A stretch of 64,000 bases of DNA, from assembly GCA_964106915.2 (NCBI GenBank), contig OZ066917.1. The stretch is one strand, 5' to 3'. The notes under the pieces are model-generated. The model saw only the letters and a program-made list of their open reading frames with translations, ran no database searches and was not told where the DNA came from. The stretch comes from Podarcis gaigeae (lineage: Eukaryota). Below are positions 12,660 to 25,018 of the stretch, one piece after another; positions within the stretch are counted from its first letter, which is position 1; each line of letters begins with the position of its first letter. A program made the position numbers and the translations under genes.

Positions 12660-13041
12660 TAGGGAAGGCTGTGGAAGAAATTAAGTTTTGTTCACATTTT
12701 AATCTAACACACTACTTCCAAAAGCAACGTGTGCAGCTATCCTTGGAAATTTGCACTTTCCTGAATTTTGCAATGCAGTTCTACACAACCACACCAAATA
12801 TGTTTATTACAAGAAAATGTGCATTGAAATCCATATATTGGGGAAAATAGCATACAAAAATGCACATTGCTTGCAAAAATATGTATATATACAAAACTGC
12901 ATGTAAAAACATATATATTAGAAGAAAAGTGCTGATAAAATTTTGTTAGTGCTTTTAAAAATAATCACAAACTGATGCAAAATGTGGTGAACTGAATTTA
13001 AGGTTAGACAAATGAGAAACTGGCAGATTTGTCCATGCCTG
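12660..13041 (-). mobile_element. AT-rich hAT (TAGGGATG-terminus) MITE, decayed
   Basis: Reverse-complement similarity to 54360-54755 and 23656-23994 (gaatctgtca/tggcagattt end, tgcat-rich body). Confidence 0.55.
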
Positions 13042-14584
13042 TTATTAGGTGAATTCAATTTTCCAACCTGCTTCCCAGATTTGTTTGAGGACACCATACC
13101 CAGGCAACATGTCCACTTAGTCCATTTCCCCCCAGTTCTGCTACACTACCACTGAATGCTCTTGCTTAATACCTAACACCCTCACTAACCAGAGAAGAAA
13201 TGGCAATCCCAACAGTCTGCTCCATCACTCCACAGTGCAGAGTGTTACCATAACATCGTTGGTGAGCTTCCATTTGGATTCACGTGTGTGTTGGCCAAAC
13301 CAATGAGATGCAATATTGGTAAATTCTTCTTTTTTCCTCTGACCATTGCCTTACCCATTTGATGAGCGTGACACTGTAACATGAGCCTATACTTCACAGA
13401 TACCAGCTATGACAGTTTTGCGATCTCCTCTCTTAGTTATATTTTTGAACTTCAACGAGAATGGAAGTTAGTATGACTGAGAACTGTGAGCTGCTCGCTC
13501 ACACACATCATGCTGCTTATGCATGGCGACCACTCACCTAAATAAAAAAAGTGGCTCAAAGTAATTTGTGGACTTGCTCCAAGAATTTCCAGAATATTGA
13601 TTGTACCCCACATTTGTTGTTAATGACTATCCTACAAGCGGGGAAAGAAAGGATGAAAGTACAGCACTCCTTAATCAAAGACTGCTTATCCTATTAGCAA
13701 GATGAAAGTACATAGGTTATCATACATTTATTAGAAGGATACCTGGAGGAAGTTGCTCTAGATCATTGTTCTTTACGGGAGGAAGAAACACTAATGAGAA
13801 TTGCTCATGGGAATCGATTGCCTAATAGAGGCTCTCTCCTGAAGCTTCATCTCCACTCTACTGCACTGCCATGCTAAGGAGGATAGCAGAACAAATCTAA
13901 CAGGGCAATCAGTGGTTTATTTAGTTCTGAAGATTACACTAGCAATATTAACTGCAGCAGCCTAATACTAGGTAAGACCTAGTATTTTAGCACTAACAAC
14001 AGTAAGAATAATATTTAATAATTACACTTCCAATAGATACCAACATCTTTTATTTGTTCATGACCCAGCAACAGCAAAGCACAGCTTGTTGCATTTAAAC
14101 ACATACTTTAAGCCTTTCTCAGTGAAATCAGTGGGATGCATAAAGGAGTTTGGTCCTTGGATTTTGTCCATTTGAAGCACAGTCCTATGCATGCTACTCT
14201 GAAGAAGAACCTGAAGAAGAAATTAGTATGAAGGTATTCATGCTGATGTAGTAATAACAGTAATAATAGCAGCAGCAGCAGCAGCAAAATGTTATGTTCA
14301 GATCAGCCCATCCCAGAATACCTCTTACCTTTGCAGTGGGCAGCTTTGCAGGACAGAGCCAGCCCGCATCCACAACAGCTGGGGAATTGCAACCACAGGG
14401 AGATGCTCCTGGCTCTCCCTCTGGTTAGATAGTTTTGAATTCAGCCTGCCTGCCAGATTGGGCCAATGACTCACTCTGGGCTCACTCTGGAGGGTGGGCC
14501 TGACAGGGTCCAAAGAGGACTCTACCCAAGTCCACCCCCAGGGGATAAAAATGGGCCCTGCCTCACACCTGGCACCGCACTACC

Positions 14585-14589
<5 letters not shown>

Positions 14590-14616
<27 letters not shown>

Positions 14617-14725
14617 ATCTATGCCACACACATCTGGCTGGGTTTCCCCAGCCACTCTGGGTGGCTTCCAACAAATAGAAAAACATAATAAAATGTCAAA
14701 CATTAAAAACTTCCTGATACAGCCT
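14590..14725 (-). mobile_element. L2 LINE 3' end with (GAT)n tail
   Basis: catctggctgggtttccccagccactctgggtggcttccaac, a lacertid L2 3' terminal stem-loop motif, preceded by (GAT)n. Confidence 0.7.
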
Positions 14726-14797
14726 TCATGTTGTTGTGCTTGTTCTTACCTGCTCCAGGGGTAGCTTGGATAATTTGCCCTGTAGCCTAGCCAAATT

Positions 14798-14890
14798 ATA
14801 ATTATTTTATTATTTATATCCCTCTGATTTGACTGGGTCACCCCAGCCACTCAGGGTGGCTTCCAACAAAATATTAAAACACAAAAAACC
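14798..14890 (-). mobile_element. Second L2 3' end
   Basis: gactgggtcaccccagccactcagggtggcttccaac, homologous to the 14590 copy. Confidence 0.65.
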
Positions 14891-15599
14891 TCATAATCAC
14901 TTCTGCTTTCCTCCTACGGCTCAGCAATCTGACTGTTCCCATCCCTTTCATACAACTGTTGCCCCTTGGTGTGGCTTCTTCTTACCCTTCAGCTAATGCT
15001 GTCTGCAGTGATAGCTCCATCTCTGCAGGTTTTCTGATTGTGGACACTTCCCTGTCATCCCTGTTTTCTTCAGCGCAGATCAACAACATGTCTGAGCTAA
15101 AGCAATACCGAATTTAATTCCCAAAGGTGTGTTCCCGCTGCCCAAGTCTACTGGCCCATTCTGAAGATGGCAACGGCATTGAAGAACTCCAATCACTAAA
15201 ACATCCAGATGGAAACCAAATCAAATCCTAAAAACTGTATCAGCAGTTGCTTAACTGTAACCATGGTACAGTTGTGCACGCAACGCACATTGCTGCAAGA
15301 TGTTCAGGCATTCTGCTCATGAGTAAAATCTACATGCAAAGAGGAAGAACTTTCCTAACATTCCAAAACTTGTGAGCATGTTTAGTCCTCATTGGGCAAT
15401 ACTGTGCATTTGGTTTTCCCCAGGGATGCTGCTATCTCTCTGTTGTTTCACGTGATCCTAGTTTTGGCTCTAGTTTTTGTCAGCACTTGCCATGCGAGTT
15501 CAGATACAAAGGTGGACCTGCTTGTAACTCTGAATATACAAATGATCACATATTTTGCCTAAGCATAACTAATATGTACAGGTATTAAAATATAGTCAA

Positions 15600-15970
15600 C
15601 AAAATTGCATCATTTTTCTCATAGAGTTTTTTCCATCACACTTTTGTCTAATGCTCAGGCTAAATGGTTCCCTAAGATGCTATGTCCTCTCCTTTGAACC
15701 ACCCTGGAAAATCGCTCTTTCCTTGCTGATTACATCCTTCAAACACATCTAGGTAGTTATAATTCATGTCCCGTCTTAAGTTACCATTTAGCCAACCTAG
15801 ACATATTTAGTTCCTTTAATCTTCTTCCCTAATAAGTCAATCCCTTGAGCCCTTTAATCATCCTTGTTGCTGTTCTCTCAATTCCCTCCAATTCATCTAC
15901 ATCTGTCCACTGTGAAGGTACCCAGAAGGAAAAACAGTATTATAACTCTAGTTTTGCTAAAGCTGCCTAG
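15600..15970 (-). mobile_element. Old CR1 LINE ORF2 3' fragment
   Basis: ttagccaacctagacatatttagttcctttaatcttcttccc...ccctttaatcatccttgttgct is reverse CR1 ORF2 C-terminal coding pattern (MI.GL...EERLKEL.M.SL.K). Confidence 0.6.
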
Positions 15971-16199
15971 TGATATATGCTTCTCCTCTGACATGAGCTT
16001 TTGCTGAGTCTCCACCTGACAACCTTGCTACTGGAATCCACTGGTGAACTTGTGTGATTCTCACATTACAACAGTTTTATCGTACAGCAAATGTGCTCAG
16101 GGGAATTGTTCTTCAGGTGGGCAGTTGTAAAGACTTTTGGGCACTTGCAACTAAATGCTGGGACAGCCATTTAAGGCATCCAGTCAGTAAAATTGATAA

Positions 16200-16480
16200 T
16201 GCTCCCTCAGAAATTTGGGATGGAGGTGGCCTGGGAGAGGGCATTCTCTGTGACAGCCCCCAAGTTGTAAAACTTTCTCCTCACAGAGGTGCACCTTCAC
16301 ATTTCAGTTTGCAGCAAATGCTAAAGACACACCTCTTTACGCTGGCCTTTGCCACCTGACATGCATGTTTTTAAGGCCCACCCTATTTCTGTGACTATAA
16401 TTTGTTTAAAAGTGTTTTTAATATTAGGTTTTGAATTGTTGTTGCCCGCCATTTGGGAGAAGGATGGTTAATAAATCAAT
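16200..16480 (+). mobile_element. L2 LINE 3' fragment
   Basis: gagagggcattctctgtgacagcccc (RAFSV.AP) and QQMLKTHLFTLAF stop, then an AT-rich 3' UTR and aataaatcaat tail. Confidence 0.7.
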
Positions 16481-16704
16481 GGCATGGAGAAGGAAGGTTG
16501 TGTTTAAATATCCCCAGTCAGTCACTACAGTGACCAGTGACCAGTTCTGCCTCCCACATAGTTGTGTATATTTCACCATGAATTTATATGTACCGTATTT
16601 AACAGTCATCTGACTTACACATGTGCATGACCTAGTTCTTTCTTTTCTGCCTCCTTTTCTGTTCAGGTTGGAATATCTGTGCAAAGTGTACAATGGAAAA
16701 GTTA

Positions 16705-16946
16705 CAGTGGTACCTCGGGTTACAGACACTTCAGGTTACAAATGCTTCAGGTTACAGACTCCGCTAACCCAGAAATAGTATCTCAGGTTAAGAACTTTGC
16801 TACAGGATGAGATCAGAAATCGCATGGTGGTGGCACTGTGGCAGCGGGAGGCCCCATTAGCTAAAGTGGTACCTCAGGTTAAGAACAGTTTCAGGTTAAG
16901 AATGGACCTCCGGAACGAATTAAGTTCTTAACCCGAGGTACCACTG
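16705..16946 (+). mobile_element. Tc1/mariner (Tigger-like) MITE
   Basis: TIRs CAGTGGTACCTCGGGTTA...TAACCCGAGGTACCACTG with TA on both sides. Confidence 0.93.
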
Positions 16947-17024
16947 TACTTTATAAAAACGAATGTAGGACAGTATTACCGGGTCACTTTAGGCCTTCTT
17001 CAGAAAACGTGAAACCTCTGTAAT

Positions 17025-17164
17025 GGGATAGCTCAGTTGGTAGAACATGTGGCTCTTAATCTCAGGGTCATGGGTTGAAGCCCCACAAAGGAAAAACAAA
17101 AACAAATCCTGCATTGCAGGGGGTTGGACTAGATGACCCTCATGGTCCCTTCTGATTCTATGAT
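17025..17164 (+). mobile_element. tRNA-Lys(CTT)-derived SINE with CR1-like 3' tail
   Basis: tagctcagttggtagaacatgtggctcttaatctcagggtcatgggttgaagcccca matches tRNA-Lys-CTT. Followed by gcagggggttggactagatgaccctc...gattctatgat. Confidence 0.85.
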
Positions 17165-18413
17165 AGGTGTCACACAAAGCAAGGACAAGAAGTGTTTGGA
17201 AGGCCCTTCTGGTTTTATTTGTGTTTCCCATAATAGAAAACTAGCTTTTGTGTTTTCTGTAATTACAAAATCTCCTTCACAATTTCTATATTGTGGCTGT
17301 GTCCCTGAAAAATCAGTGAAACGCTCTCTTGAGTTCTGATTCACAAAGGATCATTTGGGACAAGTTATAGCATATGCTCTTGAAAATCTGAAAGCAAAGT
17401 AATCACAGGTTTATTCCCCCCCCAGCCCCCAAATGCTAATCTCTGAGTGAACTGCGAGCTGTTGTAGTGCGTAAGAACAGAAGGAACTGTATAAACAACT
17501 TGGGCCATGGTGGTGATATGTATTTTTGGGTTGAAGATGAAACAAATTTTGTAAGACATATACAGATCAGTAGGCAAAAGTAAGCACAGAGGAGCAGAAA
17601 TTAAGAGTCACATGTTTGTAGGAATGGAGTTACAACTGTAGTCTGGGCAATGCCATTTCATGAACCTCTGAATTACCAAACGACCAGAAGACTGATAAGC
17701 ACATGCTGCCAATTACCTTTATGATGCTTTCACATGCAATTACCCAATGATTATCATCCCTTGAAACTCTTGGCATTCAGAGTTCAATTAAGAGACTTTT
17801 TACCTCAATCTGGATTTTGACAATTTTCACCCAAGAATTAATTTTGATGTAAAAATATGCCACCAGCATTCAAATGTCATCGCATTTGAAACTTGCGCAG
17901 GTTTTTATTTCAGTCCTAATGCTCTTTCTTTGCTGACAGAACATCATCCTCTGGACCAGTGCATTGAAAGCCCAAGTAACCTTTTATTCCTACACCTTTG
18001 TAGTTGGTCATGTATGTCAATGCAGAGTTCAACATTTCATGGATCATGCATAACATTTACTGAGCCTGTTTGCATAGTAAGTAGATTCTCCAGCAAGGGA
18101 GCTGACAGTGTATTTCTGTCATTAGGATTTATTAAATTGGTTATACAGGGGAGCAGTTCCACCATGAAATGGATATTCATATATGCAATGTATGCAGCCT
18201 TTTTGAAACTACTATTATTTCTAATTGAAATGAGAATATAATATAATATTGTTGGGACAAACTGATTAATTTTTTGACCACTCCTATTTTTTAAAGAGTT
18301 TTAGGTCATGAGAAACAGTCACCTGGGTTGCCTGCTTTCAGATCTTGGTGTGCTCTTTAGATATCTATGTGCTTTTGCAATACTGCTTGTACCAGTCACT
18401 AAAACTGGGAATA

Positions 18414-18654
18414 CAGTGGTACCTCGGGTTACAGATGCTTCAGGTTACATACGCTTCAGGTTACAGACTCCGCTAACCCAGAAATAGTACCTCGGGTTAA
18501 GAACTTTGCTTCAGGATGAGAACAGAAACCGCACGGCGGTGGTATAGTGGCAGCGGGAGGCCCCATTAGCTAAAGTAGTGCTTCAGATTAAAACAGTTTC
18601 AGGTTAAGAATGGACCTCCGGAACGAATTAAGTTCTTAACCCGAGGTACCACTG
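18414..18654 (+). mobile_element. Tc1/mariner (Tigger-like) MITE, second copy
   Basis: Same TIRs and TA TSD; highly similar to 16705-16946. Confidence 0.93.
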
Positions 18655-18726
18655 TACAGTGAGGAACGGTAACAGGATAGCAGAGTAGTTTTCCTCCCTG
18701 CTGTAGTTTCATGAATATGGAGCAAA

Positions 18727-18910
18727 CCAGAGTCATGTGGTGGTTAGTGTTGGATTAAGACTAGGGAGACCCACATTAAAATCCCTTCTGAGACTTTGAG
18801 GTGGGTCAGTCACTGTCTCTTGTCTAACCTCCCTGACAGGATGCATGTGAAGATAAAATGGTGATGGTGGTGAAGACCCATGTCACCTTGTGACTTGAGG
18901 AGGAAGGGGC
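18727..18910 (+). mobile_element. MIR/CORE-like SINE
   Basis: gtggtggttagtgttggattaagactagggagaccc...gtctaacctccctgacagg...gaagataaaatgg. Confidence 0.6.
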
Positions 18911-20410
18911 TGATGGAAATCATAATCCCAAAACTCTGGAGAGCACCAGGTTGAGGACTTGATGGTAAAACTCTTTCTTTGATAGTATTGAAGAGCTTGG
19001 AGTTTTGTTGAGTGCTTCCAGGCTTGAGGTAGAGTAGAATCACCAGTATCTCTTTCTCTTCTCTTTGCACATCCTTCCTTTCTTGAATCTACTGGCTAAT
19101 CTGATCTGTTTCCATGATTTTGTGTTGAATAAAACTTTGACCACTGACACCCCTAACTAAAACAAGTATAGGCTGTCAATACCTAACATAAAACTGTTTA
19201 CACTTGTCATGGGCACACCTGCTTAGAAAAACAAGGATGGTGGTGGGAAATGTGTTGTAGACTCAACTTAATTTTGAGGTCAGAATAATTAGCACAGCTC
19301 AGTGCATCATGGAATTCATCCATTAATTATTCTCTCTATTTCTCTATCTATTATGAAACTTACAAAGGTAGGAAAGCTTAGGAAATCTGATGTTGACATG
19401 AAAGAATGAAATGGGCCAGATTTGTTTGAGGCACACATTTAATGATTTATAGAAATCCTTGGCAAATGGACAATTTCCCCCTGGGCTTTAAGGTGCTTTC
19501 TGAAAGGAGTCTCCCAGGGCTGCCATCTGTGTCTTCATATCCAAAACAGAGCATTTGCCCACAGCATTTTAAGGCTCCTCTTGGCTTGATTTCCTGATCA
19601 GTAATTGGGGAGCTATTAAATGGAAACAGTTTTGAACAGATTTAAGGGAAGTGGTGGTTGCCGAGTTCATTAGGAAATTGCATTTGATTTTATATCCTAA
19701 CAAACTTGCATCTGCCTCTTCCACCATATTGTAACTCTTCAAATCCACACATGTGCCAAGGATGTGCAGGGCTGACAGAATCACCATCTGTTTCCCAGTC
19801 TCAATGATCTGCACACTGTAGAGTCATAACACAATAATTTGATAACAGGTTTACACTGTGTGACCACCATTGCCTTGCTTGGAATGCTTTCACCTTTTCA
19901 CCTTTTGTGGGTGGCTTCCCTATCTGCTGCTGCAGGCCAGAGATGTTGCACAGGGAGTGATTTTTAATATGGAGAAATTTTCAAATATGCAAGTCCTGGT
20001 TTGCATTTTGAAGCACAATAGTCCACCATGCTTTTAGTTTATTTATATTTATTTTTGCAATGGCTTTTCACCTAGTTGAATTGATAAACTGGTTTTGATT
20101 AGGGTATAAATATAGGAAAATATAACAGGGAGCTTGCACCTGAAAATGTAGGGTTAGAGGAAATTGGCTGTAATTATCTCTTTTGTTTAATGTATTGCAT
20201 TATACCTGGTTTTATCTCTTTTAATTGTAACCAACTTTAGAATTGCGTTTAGAATGAAAATCAGGCAAGAAATGCTTTAAATAAATGAAACTGTCCATGG
20301 AACATAATATTTACTGAACATCTGGCTAGGTTATTGGCCTGTGCTCTACTTTGCCAGCTTATTCTTCTTTTAGGGATCAAGTTGCAGGACAAATGCAGGT
20401 TGCACCATCT

Positions 20411-20609
20411 GGAACACAGAAACATAGGAAGCTACCTTATTCTGAGTGAGACCATTGGTCCATCTATAGCTCAGTATTGCCTACCCTGACTGGCAACAAC
20501 TCTTCAAGGTTTCAGACAGAATTTCTCTCCCTGCTGTAGCTGGAGATGCCAGCGATTGAATCTGGAACCTTATGTATGCAAAGCAAATGCTCCACTAAGC
20601 CATGACCCT
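20411..20609 (-). mobile_element. Squam3-type SINE
   Basis: Reverse of the tail aacataggaagctaccttattctgagtgagaccattggtccatct and of the tRNA head (ggagatgccagcgattgaatctggaacc...atgcaaagcaaatgctc). Confidence 0.8.
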
Positions 20610-20760
20610 TAGAATCATAGAATTGCAGAGTTGGGAGGGACTCTGAGGATCATTTAGTCCAACCACCTGCAATACAAGAATATGCAGCTGTCTCATACGG
20701 GAATTGAACCAGTGACCATAGTGTTTTCAGCACCACAATCTAACCAACTGAGCTATCCAG
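20610..20760 (-). mobile_element. tRNA-Ile-derived SINE with CR1-like 3' tail
   Basis: Minus strand ggatagctcagttggttagattgtggtgctgaaaacactatggtcactggttcaattcccgta resembles tRNA-Ile, followed by gcaggtggttggactaaatgatcctc...ctatgattcta. Confidence 0.8.
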
Positions 20761-22914
20761 AAGAGCAATCCATGGTTTCATCTAGTGAAAGTAATGCATG
20801 CCTTTGGTGGAAAAGTACCTTCCTTTCTCTAAGACATCTTCTGCAGTCATTGCCTGCTCTTGAGTTCTGAAGGGTCCTTGGATAAGACACTCTCCATAGG
20901 CCCCCTCCTCCTTGCTTCCATTGTCACCAGATGCTGCCATTGCTTCTCCTCCTCACTGCTGTTGCCTGCTCACTTCCTGGTGAGTGCATGAGTGAGCAAG
21001 CAGGAAGCAACTACTGCTGCTTCTCCTTCTTGTCACCATTCTCCACCTTCCCTGGGCCAGAGAGAAAGGATGGCTGAATAAGCAAGTGGCAAGTGAGCAG
21101 ATAACAGCAGTGGGGAGAATCAAGGGCCAGGAGACTCTTGACAGTGGACCCCCTGCAGAGGACTCAAGGCCAGCCCAAGATGCTTTGCTGCTTGAGGTAA
21201 GAGACAAAATGTCCTCCCCAATTCCTCATACAGAAAATACAGAAAACCTTACTTCACTTTCACTAATGGCAGGGCAAGCTTCAAGAGGTCTGGGTCTTAG
21301 TAGGTGTCCCGCAGTTCCTATCACTAATGCTGGCTCTGTCTACACTCCTGTCAGTACATCTCCAGCCTCTTGTGCTTTCTCACCATCCCAGTATTCTTAC
21401 CGTAAGTTTGGTACCTCCAAAAGTACACCTCTACCCTGAATTTGGCAGTCCAGGCTTCCAACACAAAACCCCGGAACCACGACGTACAGTAGCCACTACT
21501 ATTCCGGTCAATGGTGCCACCCGCAACTTTGTCCAAATCTCTCCCTCCTTACCTGTATCTCTTTCTCTGTCATTAATATCACCACATTTTGAGGAGATGC
21601 CTTGAAGCCTATTTATCAGCACACCTCTTTACTTCAGCCTTTTCCTCACTTCTATCCTGTTCCAGTCAGCTGTCAATCTAGGCAAAGTTCAACCTCACCC
21701 GCGGCCCACCAGGATTTAAGAATGTGTACGCATTCCATTTCAGAGGAGGCTTCTGTTGCCCTTTGAGAATTTGCAAAGGGGAGGGAGTAAATTTGAAATA
21801 CATGCTGGGGGGGGGGGGGAGTGCCTAACAAAAATGCTCTCCTCCCTTCCCTTAGAGAGTTTAAATTTTGCTTGCTGGTTCTCTCCAGGGTCACAATTAC
21901 TTAGAATGTTAAAACAACTTCTACCATCCCTCCCGGAACAACTCCCACCCCTCCTCTCAGCAACAAGAGGAAAATTGTAGAGAAACACTACTTAATTATC
22001 ACACCACGTAACTAATTAAAAGCAGAACACTAGTGTGTGGTATGCTAATGGAGCATTAGAGATCCAGCATGCTCTGGTAAGGAGACACAGGCCCCCTCTT
22101 CTCCCCTTCACCTCACTGCAGGGGCTTCAAGCTGACAGGCAACCATGATGAGATGGGAATTTATTATGCTGCATTTCCGCTCAGAACTTTTACAAGAGGC
22201 CATGGAGGTCAAGCAACTTCATTGACGCAGGGGGAGAAGAAAACACCTGGGCAGGAACCAAGAGGACGGATGCGTTGCTGGAGAATGTTACGAGCAGCAG
22301 CTATTTCCTAGTGCTCTATAAAGGAAGGTTAGTTCTTTTCTTCCTTAAATATCTGATGGGAAATATATAACTCTCTGGATAAAGGTCAGCTATTCATTTC
22401 TAGATTGAGAATTGCTAGGTCTCAGAATTGCCTGCACACCATGCCCTCCGACTTGGAGCCCCCTCCCTCTTTTCTAATTCCAGATGTGTATAGAGTCGTC
22501 ATTGAAACAACAGAAGGGGAGCAGAATGAAGGTCAAATATTGTAGTTTAGAATGAATCCTGCTTCAAATATTCTTACATTCATCCACACAGATCATTGCA
22601 GTGCTTTGATACACCAGCTGTAGTCATCCTGATCAGGAAATGTTCATTGTTGCCATATGTATCTATTGAGCTTTCCCACAGTGTTTTAACTGTTTTTCAT
22701 AAAACCATTTCAATGACTGAAATATGTCCAAACCTGTCTGCAACCAACTCTTTCCCAAATCCTGCAATATGGCCTTCTGTGGTATTACCAAATATCAGTG
22801 CATGAGAATGGCTTAGTGGTTGCAAATGTTTAACATCTTAAGGCAGAGCAGTATGTGTGAGCAGGATCAAACTGTCTATGCCATTTAAGACTACAAAAAT
22901 CCATGATCTTCTCC

Positions 22915-23085
22915 AACCATGATTGGTAGAATGCCTACTTCGTGTACACAAGGTCCAAGCTTTCATCTCCAGAAACTCCAGGGAGGGCTGGGAAATGCTC
23001 CATCTTTAACCCTGGAGAATTGCGTCAGACAGTACATTACCAAGCTACATGGAACAATGGTCTAAGACAGCTTCCTGTCTTTCTT
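22915..23085 (+). mobile_element. Degenerate Squam3-type SINE
   Basis: ctccagggagggctgggaaatgctcc...accctggaga...atggaacaatggtct...cagcttcct. Confidence 0.6.
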
Positions 23086-23655
23086 TGTGAGACATTTTGG
23101 ATCTAGATTACATCAAACAATTGAGAAAGCTATGAAGTGTGGTAGTACATATGAGAGTCGTTGAATCAGGAATGGTTCTCTGTAGTTCATTAATTGGACT
23201 TAGGCAGATAAAATTGGTATCAGAACTTCTAATGTAAATTTACCACATGACTAGATACGACTAGATAGCAGCATTAACAACAATACTCTCATGTGTACCT
23301 GGCACTTTAAAAACACTGTGCACACATTTAAAAGCATTTCTGCATTGCTAATTTATATTCCTGGGTTTAACCTAGACACTGAGGGTTGTATCCCAAGCTA
23401 CTCTTTCTCTTAGGCAGTAGATATCCACCTGCATGATGGAATGTCCTCATCTACTCTTCTTCTCTACAGCCTTCCGTACATCCTCAAATTTGTTCAAGAG
23501 GGTTGGGAGGACATTGGATGAGATTTTGGGGGATGATGAGAGAGAGGGCAGAGCTGCTGCACAAGTGCAATTCCATGTGTTCAGCATTGGGTAGAACCCT
23601 GAAGCCTTGGTGAGCCTGTAATGTGGCATAAATATGTTTATTGGTGTGTTCCAGG

Positions 23656-23994
23656 TGGCAATGGATGAATCTATTTCTAGTTTCTGTCAGTTTCATATGT
23701 GTTCAATCCCATTTCTACATAAACTTTTTTCTTTTTTAAAAGTATGTCCAAAAAATGTATTTTAAATACTATTCAATTGCAATGTACACATTTCTAAATG
23801 TACTTTACCCTAAACTAAGTATTCTTTTATGCATTTTAGTACATTTTTAAGCCAAGAACTATACTGCAAGATTTAAGGGAAGTGCAAAATCTGAGTGATA
23901 ATTTTATTCCAATTCATGTAAATTGGTTTAGAAGGTGTGAATTAGGTCGATTTGCTAAAAAATGCAGATCAAACAATATTCTCCTCCATCCCTA
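23656..23994 (+). mobile_element. AT-rich hAT MITE (TAGGGATG-terminus family)
   Basis: Right end ...ccatcccta. Flanks gttccagg/gttccaat resemble an 8-bp TSD. Similar to 54360-54755. Confidence 0.6.
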
Positions 23995-24509
23995 GTTCCA
24001 ATTATAATCTTTTGTACATATTTCTAGATTATTATGCACTGTTTGGTGACTGAAACAAAATACAGTGACTTACTATCTCTCTTGCTTTCTCCTATTTATG
24101 TTATACCTGCATTACTTCTAATACCACACATGGTACAGTAGAAGTGTGCACACTTTAGGTGTACCATCCACACAATTTAGTCAGAACAAAATATGTATGT
24201 GTGCATATTTGTGCACACACAAACACACCTATTTGTCTATCAAGCTCCTTAATGTGTTTTTGGAAAAATGTAGGTCATTACCCCATAGTCTTGCAACTGT
24301 GAAAGTATGCCCAGGGGACTGATGGAAGACTGTAGAATCAGCAGCATGTGGTATAAAGCCACACCTAGGCTGGTGTTTTATGACAAGCAAGTGATGTGAA
24401 GGCATGCTTTCCACCCAGTCAAAGAAAGTCAAATATATAAAATAAGCTGCAACAGAGAAGACATTATTAACAGTGGCAGCTATTAAGTGCTCAGTTTATT
24501 GGTGTAAAC

Positions 24510-25018
24510 CAGGGATGGGGAGTGGGGAACCTGATCTGACTGCTAGGCCAGATCCTTCTCCCCTAGTCCTCATAGGAAAATTTGTCAAGAGGGCAAAAGT
24601 TGTCTAGCTTTCAATCACCTGATGTCACACTGAAAAGGTGATGATCCTTGGAACTTCAAAGGACCACTTCAAAGGCTTGCAATGAGCCCTGCATGGTGCT
24701 CTGAAGTGTTGCAGATCACCAGGCTTGAGGTCAGCTGATGGACAGAGACTTCAAGCCTGCTTTCTGCAGCAGTTGGCTACGCAACCCAGTTTCCCATGGG
24801 GTAACTCTTGCGCAGCTGGTCCATAAGCCTTGAAATCACCACCCATTCACAGGTGGATATACTGTTAATCGGCTGGTCCCACTTTCTTTACCTGTCCCAC
24901 ATCTGACATAGATGTCACCAGGTGTAGGACGGATGGATGTAAAAGACTGGCAAAACAGCCTTGCGCATCAAATGCTAGGCCTGATTAGGACTGCAGGCAG
25001 GAAGTTTCCCACTGCTGC
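24510..25018. mobile_element. Old hAT-like non-autonomous element
   Basis: Ends cagggatgggg...gggaacctg and caggaagtttcccactgctg are degenerate Charlie-type TIRs. Confidence 0.45.

Noticed and set aside
17025-17090. Functional tRNA-Lys gene
   Set aside because: Acceptor stem is broken, the T-loop is mutated (gggttgaag) and it is fused to a CR1 tail; it is a SINE head.
20690-20760. Functional tRNA-Ile gene
   Set aside because: Anticodon arm is mutated and it is fused to a CR1 tail.
21086-21439. 117-aa plus-strand Ser/Pro-rich ORF
   Set aside because: GTG start and no recognisable homolog; only the nearby splice-donor signals were kept as a low-confidence finding.
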